Assembly: GCF_963921235.1 (NCBI RefSeq)
Contig: NC_086107.1
Coordinates: forward strand, 98,148,001-98,212,000
DNA: 64,000 nucleotides
DNA from: Mobula hypostoma
Lineage: Eukaryota
Reading direction: 5' to 3'
The position numbers and the translations under genes were made by a program. Below, one piece after another: positions 1 to 10,725 of the stretch; within the stretch, counting starts at the first letter, position 1; each line of letters starts with the position of its first letter. The notes beneath the pieces are model-generated. The model was not told the DNA's origin. It searched no databases and was given only the letters and a program-made list of their open reading frames with translations.

Positions 1-535
1 AGGCTGCATCACCGTCTGGTATGGAGGGGGGAGGGAGGGGGTGCTACTGTACAGGACCAAAAGAAGCTGCAAAGGGTTGTAATTTAGTTGGCTCCATCTT
101 GGGTACTAGCCTACAAAGTATCCAGGACATCTTCAAAGAGCAGTGTCTCAGAAAGGCAGTGTCCATTATTAAGGATCTCCAGCACCCAGGACATGCCCTT
201 TTCTCATTGTTACCATCAGGTAGGAGGTACAGAAGCCTGAAGGCACACACTCAACGATTCAGGAACAGCTTCTTCCCCTCTGCCATCCAATTCCTAAATA
301 AACATTGATCCCGTGAATACTACCTTACTTTTTTAAATACATATTACTTCTGTTTTGGCACAATTTTTAATCTATTCATTATACATATACTGTAATTTAT
401 CTATTTATTTATTTATTTATTTATTTATTATTATTGTTTTCTTCTTCTTCTATATTATGTATTGTATTGAACTGCTGTTGCTAAGTTAACAAATTTCACG
501 ACACATGCCGGTGATAAGATACCTGATTCTGATGA
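1..535 (+). mobile_element. Rex1/Babar-type LINE 3' end (RT C-terminus, 3' UTR, (ATTCTG)n-like tail)
   Basis: ORF 21..308 contains IIKDLQHPGHALFSLLPSGRRYRSLKAHTQRFRNSFFPSAI, a typical Rex1/Babar C-terminus. It is followed by an AT-rich UTR ending CCTGATTCTGAT. Confidence 0.75.
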
Positions 536-780
536 CTAGATTCAAGAGGGTGGGTGACTGGATTAAGGAGGGTGAGTGACTATATTCAAGAGAGTGGGTG
601 ATTGGATTCAAGAGGGTGGCTGATTAGATTCAGGAGGGTGGGCGGCTGATTGGATTCAAGAGGGCAGGTGATTGGATTCAATTGGCCAGTATTTGGATTC
701 AAAAGGGTGGTTGATTAGATTCAAGAGGGTGGCTGATTGGATTCAAGAGGGTGGCTGATTGGATTCAAGAGGGTGGGTGG
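536..780. repeat. ~22-bp minisatellite (GGATTCAAGAGGGTGGCTGATT)
   Basis: About 11 imperfect tandem units are visible. Confidence 0.9.
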
Positions 781-889
781 ATGGAAATTGTTCTTACTAG
801 CAGATGGGTCACAGACCAGGATCCACAAATCTAAGATTCGGGGCAGACACTGCAAAGGGAGTGTGAGGAAAAAAATAATTTCTCAGAGG

Positions 890-1365
890 ATCAGAATCAG
901 AATCAGGTTTAATATCACCAGCGTATGTCATGAAATTTGTTGTTATGTGGCAGCAGTACATTACAATACATAATAATAAAACTGTAGATTACGTGTAAAA
1001 GTATATATATTTTTAAAAGTTTAATTAAATAACTAATGCAAAAAGAGAAAACAAAGTAGTGCAGCAGTGTTCATGGGTTTAATATCCATTCAGGAATCAG
1101 ATGGCAGAGGGGAAGAAGCTGTTCCTGAATCATTGAGTGTGTGTCTTCAGGTCTCTGTATCTCCTTCCCAATGGTAACAATGAGAAAAGGGCAGGTCTTG
1201 GGTGGTGGGTGTCCTTAATGATGGACATCACCTTTCTGAGGTATCGCTCCTTGAAGGTGAACTGGATGCTGGGGAGGCTACTGCCCGTTATGGAGCTGAC
1301 TGAGTTTACAACTCTCTGCAGCTTATTTCAATCCTGTGCAGTGCTCCCTCTCCCCATACCAGAAT
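890..1365 (-). mobile_element. Rex1/Babar-type LINE 3' end
   Basis: Reverse complement of the 1-535 family. It begins with the (CAGAAT)n tail and contains GATGGCAGAGGGGAAGAAGCTGTTCCTGAATC. Confidence 0.75.
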
Positions 1366-2709
1366 GGGTATGACCTGGAATTAGGAAATGTTGCATGAAA
1401 CTACATGGGAATGTCATAAGGATGATGCAAGAAGGCATAGCATAATTAGAGTTTACAAGGCACACGAATTTAATGTAAGGAGTCTAACTAGTCAGGCAGA
1501 GGAGGACATTAATCAGCATATGCAAATACGATACTGTTGATTTTACGGAGACATGATTGAAAGAAGGGCAGGACTATCCATGGTATAGGATTTATAGGGA
1601 TTATAGGGTGGAATATAACAGGAGAGGCCATGACTTTCTTGATCAAAGACTCCATCCAGTGATAATAAGGAAGGATATAACAAAGGCTCTTCAAGTTAAG
1701 CCATTTAGGAACAAAAAAAGCCAACCACTTTGCTTTAAGTCACTGTACTTTAAATTTTCAGTTTGTTGTGGAGAACGACAAGGGTCTTCTGAAAATTAAG
1801 ATCCTGAGTTGAGGAAAGGCCAACTACAGGTGACCTGTAAGAATGTACCGGGTGAAACTACCTGCAGGTCCAGGGTGACTAGTGGGATGGAGTTCAGGGC
1901 CAACAAGTTCCCATTAAGGGTGAAGGGTAAGGATGGCATGTTCAAGGTGAATGGTCCCCTAGTATGGCAAAATAGACTGTTGACCTCACAATATACCTCG
2001 TTATGGCCTTGCACCTTATTGTCTCCCTTCATTCACTCTATATCTGTAACTCCTTATTTGGATTCTGTTATTATTTTGCCTCACCGCACGGATGAAATGA
2101 AAGGATCCGTGTGGATGGCATACAAAACAACGTTCTGAACTTTACCTCGGTACAAGATCACAAGTTCAAAGTTCAAAAGTAAATTTATTATCGAAGTACA
2201 TATACAGTAAGTCGCCGTATACAACCCTGAGATTCATTTCTTGTGGGCATACTCAATAAATCTGATAACTATAATAGAATCTATCATTGATTTTGTTACG
2301 GTTATTGGATCTATTAAGTATGGCCACAATAAATGAATCTCGGGGTTGCACCAACAGGGTGGACGGTCAGTGTGCAAAAACAAGCCAGCTTTGGGAGCTC
2401 TGCTGCTGTTACATAGACCAGCAAACAGGTGTGCAGGTCATTAGTAGCCATTAGTGGTTCAAGCCAGGAACCAGATGGCAGAGGGAAGTGGGAATGGTAA
2501 AGACAGAGGCTGATAGGTGATAGATGGAACCAGATAAGGGGGGGAGGGCACGCATGCAGATGTGGACCCACGTGCACGGCAAATCTAGTTCCACCTATCA
2601 CCCCCCCCCCCACTCTATGTACCAGCTTCCCTCTACACTCTCAGCTGTGATGGAGGGTCTTGACCTGCAAGGTTGAACCATTCCTTTGCTTCCACAGATG
2701 CCGCTCAAC

Positions 2710-3100
2710 CTGAAAATTGGTGGTGGTGTTGATGGTGAGGAAGGTAGTCCTGTACCACGGGTAAATATTGATCAGCTTCTAAGATAAGTGGAGCAATGGC
2801 AGATGGTGATGCTCATTGGGAGGACTAGAGTAGGATTGTAGTTGGACTCTGGAGAGTACCAAGGCAGAGAGGGATCTGGGTGTACAAGTCGATAGATCCC
2901 TGGAGCTGGCAGAAGCACAGGAGATAAGGTGGTGAAGAAGGCACATCGGTTCTTGCTTTCATTAGTGCCTGCATAGGATGTAAGAACAGGGATGTTAGGC
3001 CATAACAGTGTGCAGTTCTGGTCACCACACAATGGGAAGGACATGAATGCACTGTGGAGGATGCAGAGGGGATTCACATTTCTCTTATGAGGAGACACTA
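2710..3100 (+). mobile_element. Old degenerate CR1 RT fragment
   Basis: Contains AAAATTGGTGGTGGTGTTGAT (KIGGVVD-like) and GTGCAGTTCTGGTCACC (VQFWSP). Confidence 0.6.
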
Positions 3101-3104
3101 GATA

Positions 3105-3710
3105 AGCTTCTTCCCCCCTTCCTCTCCAGGCCTGAAGAAGGGTCTCAGCTCAAAACATTTGACGCTTTATTCTTTTCCACAGATGCTGCCTGACCTGCTG
3201 AGTTCCTCCAGCGTTTTGCTCTGGATTTCCAGCATCTGCAGGATACCTTGTGCTTATAATTTGCTGCTCAGCTGTGAAGCTTCTTCAAGGGACGCCTACC
3301 CTGACAAAGGTTAAATCTTCTCTTTGATGGGAGTTCACTGAGACTCTCCCTCACTGCTCCCCCTCTGTGATCTCTGCTACTCTCCAACTCTTCGAATATG
3401 CGCTCATCCAAACGCACTACCAGAGCAACGTGCATCCCCTCCCTCTGGTATCCTTCCTCTCTCTCCAATAGTCCACTCTCCTCTCCAATCAGATTCTTCC
3501 TTTTTTGGCCTTTTACCTCTTCCACCAATCACCTTCCAGCTTGTACTGCTTCCCCTCCCCCCACCTTCTTATTCCCACTTCGTTCCCCTTCCTTTCCAGG
3601 CCAGATGAAGGGTCTCAGCCCAAACCATCAACTCTTTGTTCCTGTCCACAAATGCCGCCTGACCTGCCCAGTTCCTCTGACATTTTGCGTGGGTTACTCT
3701 GGGTTTCCAT
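3105..3710 (+). mobile_element. Penelope-like element 3' ends with degenerate hammerhead motifs
   Basis: Two copies of C(T/A)GA(A/T)GAAGGGTCTCAGC..CAAA, each followed by the GATGCTGCCTGACCTGCTGAGTTCCTCCAGC-type terminal module also attached to GIY-YIG sequence at 58950-59720. Confidence 0.65.
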
Positions 3711-5552
3711 AGGACGGATGAGACTGAGGGGTACCTGACGGACATGCGCAAAATTCTGAGCAGGTAATGGGATGGATAGTGAGGAAAGTTTTCACCTAGA
3801 AGAGGCCTCTAAGGTGACTTCAGAGGATGGATTTAAGTATAAGAACTTTTTTTTTCACCCTGAGCTTGTTTAGAATCCAGGCCGCACTTCCTGAGGGAGT
3901 GGTGGCAGCCAGTACTCAACCAGCATTGAAGAACTCTTCAGCTGAAACTTGAAGGCCCATGGCACAGAAGGCTACACGCCAACGCTGTTAATTGGGATTA
4001 GTGTAGATAGGAAGTTGAAATCTGGCACAGACTTGATGGGCCAAAAGGCCTGTTTTTGTGTTGTGTTAAACTCTAAATTTAAAAGGATGTGATGAAGAAA
4101 GAGCAAAGGAGGGCGTTTTTGGCAGAACAGAGTGTTGGATGATCTGAGGTTATGCACCAGCAAAAAAAAAAGCAGAAGTGTCGAGTATTTTGAAATGGTG
4201 GGAGATTGAGAAACATTGACATTCAAATGTCCCTCTGAGAGCTAACTTGCAGGTGAGGTAAGCAATAAATGTGACCCCCGAGCTTCTGGTTGTCACTTTA
4301 AACCCCCGTCTCGCTCCCACGCTCGTCTCTGTAACTTTGGCCTCCACCGCCATTCTAATGAAGCTCAGCCGAAGCTTGAAGAACCAAGCCCCATCTTCCT
4401 TCGAGGCACACTGCAGCCTTCAGGACTCGAGGCTGAGTTCAACCATTTCAGATAACCAGCCTCTCCTGTTTGTGCCAGAGCCAGCCAGGTCATTCTCCTT
4501 ACCTCAGACGCTGCCTCATCGGCAAGTAGTCTACTGTCTTTCAGATTTCCGGTAGCTGTTGTGTTCTGCCTCTCACGGTTCCAGAAAGCTCTTGTGTTTT
4601 ATTTTTAATTCCCTTTCTCTCTTACTTCCATCTTTCATCTGTGACACTGGCAGTCGGGGTGCCTGTGACGGGGGGCGGTGGGGGGCATGTCAGGATGTTG
4701 GAGGGAAGTGCAGGAGATGTGCGTTACAAGGGTTGACCCGGAGGGGCTGAGGACTTGTTTTGGGGGGGCTTTGGGGCGCATGTTGCATGTGTTCCCAGAT
4801 TCCGATTTATGCTGATTTGGAGTGGCTTGATTCGATGTGGTCCTCAGCGAAGAACGGTTTGCCCTGTGGTCTAGGCGGTGCGGCGCTGAGCCGAACACCT
4901 CTGGACTCCTGGTTTGCTGTTTGACGTTCTACATGTTGCCTGTTTGCCTTTTGCTGCTTGCACAATCGCTTCTTTCTCTCATGCTTTGGGTGGTTGATGT
5001 TTTCTTGATTGGGCTCCACGCTGTTCCCGTGTGTGGTGGCTGCCTGAGGGCAGATGAATCTCAGAGTTGTGTTCTGAATGCATACCTCAATAATAAACAC
5101 ACTTTTAATCCTGTATCCTCCCCTCTCGTCGGCTTGCTTCTGTCATTTCGCCCACGTCCTTTTTCGCCCCCAGCACCCTGTGTGAGCCCAGCAGTCGGAG
5201 CAGATGAACTGTTGCTCCTGGAGAAGACCACTCTGGCCATCTGTACCTTCTAACACCGCCCCCCCCCCCCAACTCCAGGTAACCGAATGTGCTTAGCCAA
5301 CTGCACTGCTCTCTCTACACTCATGACGGTGTGGCCATCAGCCACATTTGCAAAGGGTGGTACCATCAACAAAGACCCTCACCATCCCCTTTTTATGTTA
5401 GCACAGTCATGAACTTTGTGACTTAACTGACTGCCCATTACGTCACTGGCATTTAGGGCAGCAATGAATGTCCTCCATCTCTGCCCGTCCTTGGCCACCC
5501 ACAGGTGTAGGAAGGTGCTTCATTGCTGTTTCCATAACAGTTTTGTCTGACC

Positions 5553-5960
5553 AGAATCAGGTTTAATATCACTGGAATATGCCGTGAAATTTGTTAACTT
5601 TGCCGCAGCAGTACAATGCAATACATAGTAATGGAGGGGAAAAACCTGTGAATTACAGTAAAATTATATATATTAAATAGTTAAATAAGTAGTGCAAAAA
5701 TAGAAATATAAAAAGTAGTGAGGTAGTGTTCATGGGTTCAATGTCCATTCAGAAATCGGATGGCAGAGGGGAAGAAGCTGTTCCCGAATCACTGAGTGTG
5801 TGCCTTCAGGCTTCTGTACCTCCTTCCTGATGGTAACAGTGAGAAGAGGACACGTCCTGGGTGATGGGGGTCATTAATGATGGACTCCGCCTTTTTGAGG
5901 CATCGCTCCTTGAAGATGTCCTGGGTACTACGGAGGCAAGTGTACCTGAATCACTGAGTG
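5553..5960 (-). mobile_element. Rex1/Babar-type LINE 3' end
   Basis: Highly similar to 890-1365. Confidence 0.75.
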
Positions 5961-6069
5961 CTGTCAGTCGTGCAAGTCCCGGGTGGAGACTCGGGAATAC
6001 CGCAGCACCCAGATGTAGAAGGATTCTTCATTCTTGTTTCCGAAACAATTTTGGTTCACCAGTCAGGGT

Positions 6070-6260
6070 TGTTTAGCCCTGAGCTGAACACTCGAACCTG
6101 GAGGATCGGTGGACCACTCTCCGTCCGACCTCTGCCCTTCCTCTCCCCTTCTCCTTGACCTGTTTGGCATGGGTCACCCTACCGAGAGTCAAAGCACAAG
6201 GCCCTGACTCCAGCCGGCATAGCTCTCCGGGTCTTTGAGGCGCACAAGCCATGACAAGGT
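6070..6260 (-). mobile_element. Probable RTE-clade LINE 5' region fragment
   Basis: Minus strand reads CCTTGTCATGGCTTGTGCGCCTCAAAGACCCGGAGAGCTATGCC...GGTAGGGTGACCCATGCC, which resembles RTE 5' leaders (from recall). Confidence 0.45.
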
Positions 6261-6436
6261 TGAGGTCCTCTTGGAGGGGCTCCGTGAACACTGCTTTGTT
6301 CTTTGCCTTTTGCACCTGTTCACTTAATTTGTAAATTTTAGTAATTCTTACCTGGCAGTGCACTGCTCGTGCAAAACAACAAACTTCATGACTGTTGACA
6401 GCAATAATAAACCCGATTCTAATACATGAAATTTTG

Positions 6437-6610
6437 GCCATGGTAGTGTGGTAGTTAGCACGGAACAACACTGTACAGTACAGGTGGTGGCCCAGGTTCA
6501 AATCCCGCACTATAAGTAAGGTGTTTGTTCGTTCTCCCATGAACCGCGCTAGTTTCCTCCGGGAGCTCCGGTTTCCTCCCACAGTCCAAAGTCGCACCAG
6601 TCAGTAGGTT
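6437..6610 (+). mobile_element. tRNA-derived V-SINE (HE1-like)
   Basis: B-box-like GGTTCAAATCC and V-domain TTTCCTCCGGGAGCTCCGGTTTCCTCCCACAGTCCAAAG. Confidence 0.75.
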
Positions 6611-6639
6611 ACTTAATTATTCCTCTCTGCATAGGATGA

Positions 6640-6800
6640 CAACCTTGTCGCTCCTTTTCCATTTTGTCTGTTTTTTTTACGAGGCCGAGTTGCTAGCTTG
6701 ACCCGGCATGGATGGAAAGCGTGTAAGGAGCCTGCCGGATTCGAACCCGTGACCGCCCACCTCCAAATCTAGTGCTCATGCCACAGCACCACCGGCCGGG
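6640..6800 (-). mobile_element. tRNA-derived SINE head
   Basis: Minus strand has B box GGTTCGAATCC, an A-box-like upstream segment and an A-rich downstream segment. A probable 3' part of the same family lies at ~5430-5550. Confidence 0.6.
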
Positions 6801-7239
6801 CTAATAATTTAATTGGCCAGTGAAAATTGTCCCGAGATAAGGCTCAGATTAAATCGGGGGGTGGGGGGGGGGAGTTCTGGGCAGGAAAGGGCCTACTCCA
6901 ATTGTTTGGAAATTCCAGACTGGTTCCAGCACTCCGCCATCCCTCCACCCCCCTCTCCCGCCCAGACAAAGGTGGAGCCCTTGTGTTCACCCACAGCTTC
7001 TGGGTCGCGGAGCCTCATCAACACATTGAGCACCTCGGTGGGGGAGAGTCCTCGCGTGAATAGACATTCACCTAAGTACTGTGGGCAGGTAAAATTAGAA
7101 GGAGGCTCATTACTTAAATGGAGAGGGATTGCGGAGCTCGGAGACGAAGAGGGATGCGTATGATTGACAGACGGCTAAAACATAGGTCTAGAAAATAATT
7201 AACCACCTAACGGGACATTATTCCTGGCCGGGGGGGGGG

Positions 7240-7650
7240 GGGTTGTTGAACACAAAAATGAGGAGGTTATGCTTCAGAGTTTAGGGCATTAACGAGGCCA
7301 CATCTGAAGGACTGGGTAGAGTACAGATCTCCTTATTTAAGGAGGGATGTCAGAGGAGGTTTATTAGCTGAACACCTGGAATGGGCAGGTTCTCTCATGA
7401 GAAGACTGGCTGGGCTTGTATCCACTGGATTCTCTAAGAGCCTGTAAGAACCTGAAAAAGTTTAACGAGGTGGATGATGAGAGAATGTTTTCGCTTGTGG
7501 GAGAATCTAGGACTTCAGGTCTCTGCTTCAGGATAAGCTTCCCCATTTAAGGTGGAGATGAGGTGAACACCCTTTCCCTCAGAGTCCTTGGAACACCAAA
7601 AGGCGGTGGAAGCGGAGTCATTGAAGATTTTTAAGGCAGAGAGAAAAGGA
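7240..7650 (+). mobile_element. Old degenerate CR1 3' fragment
   Basis: GAGGCCACATCTG (RPHL) and GAGAATGTTTTCGCTTGTGGGAGAATCTAGGAC (RMFPLVGESRT-like). Confidence 0.6.
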
Positions 7651-7680
7651 TTTATGATTCGCCAGCTGTGCACGATCCTG

Positions 7681-8320
7681 GTGATACATACTGTCCCCGC
7701 TGGACACAGTCCCGGTATTACAGACTGTCCTCGCTGGACACAGTCCCGGTCTTACAGACTGTCCCCGCTGGACACAGTCCCGGTATTATAGACTGTCCCC
7801 GCTGGACACAGTCCCGGTCTCACAGACTGTCCCCGCTGGACACAGTCCCGGCGATATACACTGTCCCCACTGCGTGCGGTCCTAGTCATACACACTGTCC
7901 CCACTGCACACATTCCCGGGGTGCTGGTGATACACACTGTCCCCATTGCGCACGGTCCTAGTCATACACACTGTCCACTCTGCGTACGGTCCCGGGGTCC
8001 CGGTGACACACACTGTCCCTATTGCGCACGGTCCCGGGGTCCCGGCGATACACACTGTCCCCATTGCGCACGGTCCCGGGGTCCCGGTGATACACACTGT
8101 CCCCATTGCGCGCGGTCCCGGGGTCCCGGTGATACACACTGTCCCCATTGCGCACGGTCCCGGGGTCCCGGTGATAAACACTGTCCCCATTGCGCACGGT
8201 CCCGGGGTCCCGGTGATACACACTGTCCCCATTGCGCGCGGTCCCGGGGTCCCGGTGATACACGCTGTCCCCATTGCGGACGGTCCCGGGGTCCCGGTGA
8301 TACACACTGTCCCTGCTGTG
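7681..8320. repeat. CpG-rich minisatellite, 34-bp units grading into 42-bp units
   Basis: CTGTCCCCGCTGGACACAGTCCCGGTATTACAGA (34 bp), then CACTGTCCCCATTGCGCACGGTCCCGGGGTCCCGGTGATACA (42 bp, giving a 14-aa period in the ORF track). Confidence 0.95.
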
Positions 8321-8394
8321 CAGATTTCAAGTGCACAATTCCGGCGGTGCCCCCAATCCTGGTTGTGCAAGGACCTAGTGTTACTCTCTGGCCT

Positions 8395-8455
8395 TCCCTT
8401 CCTCCCTCCCTCCCCTCTCTCTCACTCTCTCTCTCTCTCTTTCTCTCTCTCTCAT
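8395..8455. repeat. (CCCT)n/(CT)n microsatellite
   Basis: Direct reading. Confidence 0.9.
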
Positions 8456-8479
8456 TCCCTGTTTTTACACCATGAATTG

Positions 8480-8870
8480 TGGTTTATATCGGGACAATCT
8501 GACGTTATCTAGTTCCTGTATTTCGTTGTTAGTGTGTTTCTGGGTCTGGGTTATTAAATTGTATCAGGTCAGTGATATATTAATAGCCATTTGATTGCCA
8601 CAGCCACTATTTTTAACAGAGGAAAAGGGTAAATGTAGCCAAAGGCCGCCAGGCCATTCTCCTGTTAGGGGAAATGGTTCTCATTATTGGCTGACAGATG
8701 TGTGGGAGTGTATACACAGGCGAGAATGGGGTATTGTTCAGTAGGAGACATGATTCCAACAATCTCACTCCAACAATGTGGAGCATCGCTGACAGGTGTA
8801 GCCATGACTAATAGTGACTCACACTTCACCAAACAGCACAGGGTGACTCAAAGTAAACCTGACGTTTCTG
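8480..8870. promoter_or_regulatory. Candidate enhancer (MEF2, MEIS+E-box, AP-1 motif cluster)
   Basis: Non-repetitive segment with CTATTTTTAA 8607-8616, TGACAGATG 8692-8700, TGACAGGTG 8790-8798 and TGACTCA at 8815 and 8844. Confidence 0.3.
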
Positions 8871-9694
8871 TATGTACAGTACCCAAAATCCATCCCAGAC
8901 AGTCCCGCGGCCGCCTCTTCCACTACACCGTCTGGCCACAACGTGGCAGCATTGCGGACCTGTGAGTGATGCGCGGTCACAGCGGGATCAGACCTCCCCA
9001 TCAAGTACATACACCCACTCTCTGCGGCGATCCGTTGTCCCTGGCTTACAGTCGTAGGTTACATACCTCGGATCGGTTTCAGTTCGTTGACTTGCAATGT
9101 TTGCTTCGTGAGAGGTCAGTGTGGCAAAATTCCAGCCAGCGTCAGGAGCAGCTACCTGCGGTCAGAAGGTAGCCGGCAAATCCCTCCCACCGGTCCTTGC
9201 CCACACGTACATGTCAGGCGTTTTCCTAAACTGTAATACAGTCACAGGCAGCTGAAGCGTGTAGTGGGTGTGGCCCACCTACCTCTCTACGCGTACCGGG
9301 CTTTCCTCCGTTTGGAGGGAGCTGAGGACTGTACAGAATTGCCTGGGACGCACTGCCCCACAGGGAGGTGAAGGCAGAATCGTCGAAAAGCCCTCGCTGC
9401 CAGAAAATGAGTTCAGAATGACCCTAAGAGCAACATCTCACTCCTTCTTGAATATATTTAATAATTCAGCCTCAAGCGTGTTCCATTGCGGAGAATTCCA
9501 CAGCTCCAGCTTACTGATGTCCAAATTTCCCCTCTGGCCCCTTATCCTCATCCTGTGATCCCCGGTCAGGAATGCCCACCCGGAACTCTTCCTGCATTAA
9601 TGCTGTTCAGTCCCACCAAGATTTTATAAAGGTTCAAAAGGTTCCCTCTCCTTCTTCCAGTGAGTGTAAGCCTTACCATCCCCAGTCTCTTATA

Positions 9695-10040
9695 CGACCA
9701 TGAGATAGAGCAGCAAAATGAGGCCATTCGGTCCATCGAGTCTGCTCCTCCATTCAATCATGGCTGATTTATTATCCCTCTCAGTAGCAGTTTCCTGCCC
9801 TTCCCCATAAGATTGTCGTCCACTAACCTCTGCTTTAACCATACCCTCTCCACAACCATCTATAGCAATGAATTCCACAGATTCACCACCCTCTGGCAAA
9901 AGATATTCCACCTCATCTCCGTTCTAAAGGGACGGGCTTCTATTCTGAAGCTGTGCCCTCTGGTCCTAGACTCTCCCACAACTGGAAACATCCTCTCCAC
10001 ATCTTCTCTATCCAGGCCTTTCCATATTCGATAGGTTCAA
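9695..10040 (-). mobile_element. CR1 3' end
   Basis: Antisense of QRVVNLWNSL and the CR1 3' UTR (GGCCATTCGG...CATGGCTGAT). Confidence 0.75.
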
Positions 10041-10242
10041 TGAGATCGGAATCAGGTTTAATTTCACTGGAATATGTCATGAAATTTGTTGGTTTTTTTG
10101 TCAGCAATACATTGCAATACATGATAATAAAAAAACCTTTAAACTACAATAAGTATATATATATATAAATAAATAAAATTAAGTAATGCAAAAAGAGAGG
10201 AAAACATACTGAGTTAGTCTTCATGGGTTTTTTTGTCTGTTC

Positions 10243-10725
10243 AGAGGTTACCTCAGTAAATATATTTAAGACAAGGTTAGATAGATTTCTGCATAGTAGG
10301 GGATTAAGAGTTATGGGGAAAAGGCAGGTAGATGGAGATAGACAATAGACAATAGGTGCAGGAGTAGGCCATTCGGCCCTTTGAGCCAGCACCGCCATTC
10401 ACTGTGATCATGGCTGATCATCCACAATCAGTATCCAGTTCCTGCCTTCTCCCCATAAACTTTGATTCCGCTATCTTTAAGAGCTCTATCCATCTCTTTC
10501 TTGAAAGCATCCAGAGACTTGGCCTCCACAGCCTTCTGGGGCAGAGCATTCCATATATCCACCACTCTCTGGGTGAAAAAGTTTTTCCTCAACTCCGTTC
10601 TAAATGGCCTACCCCTAATTCTTAAACTGTGGCCAGATCAGCCATGATCTTATTGAATGGCAGAGCAGGCTTGACGGGCTAGTTAGTGCACTCCCGCTCC
10701 TATTTTTTACTTTCTTCTGTTCTTA
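10243..10725 (+). mobile_element. CR1 3' end interrupted by an antisense CR1 3' end (~10330-10630), all inside a Rex-type tail
   Basis: The host reads GATGGAG...GGCCAGATCAGCCATG, matching the uninterrupted copy at ~49640 (-). The inner element has a (CTATTGT)n tail. Confidence 0.7.

Noticed and set aside
6437..6800. tRNA genes
   Set aside because: A/B boxes are followed by SINE bodies and no cloverleaf is recoverable.
7882..8512. Cys/His-rich repeat protein or collagen-like ORFs
   Set aside because: These are multi-frame translations of a 42-bp minisatellite with no splice or start evidence.
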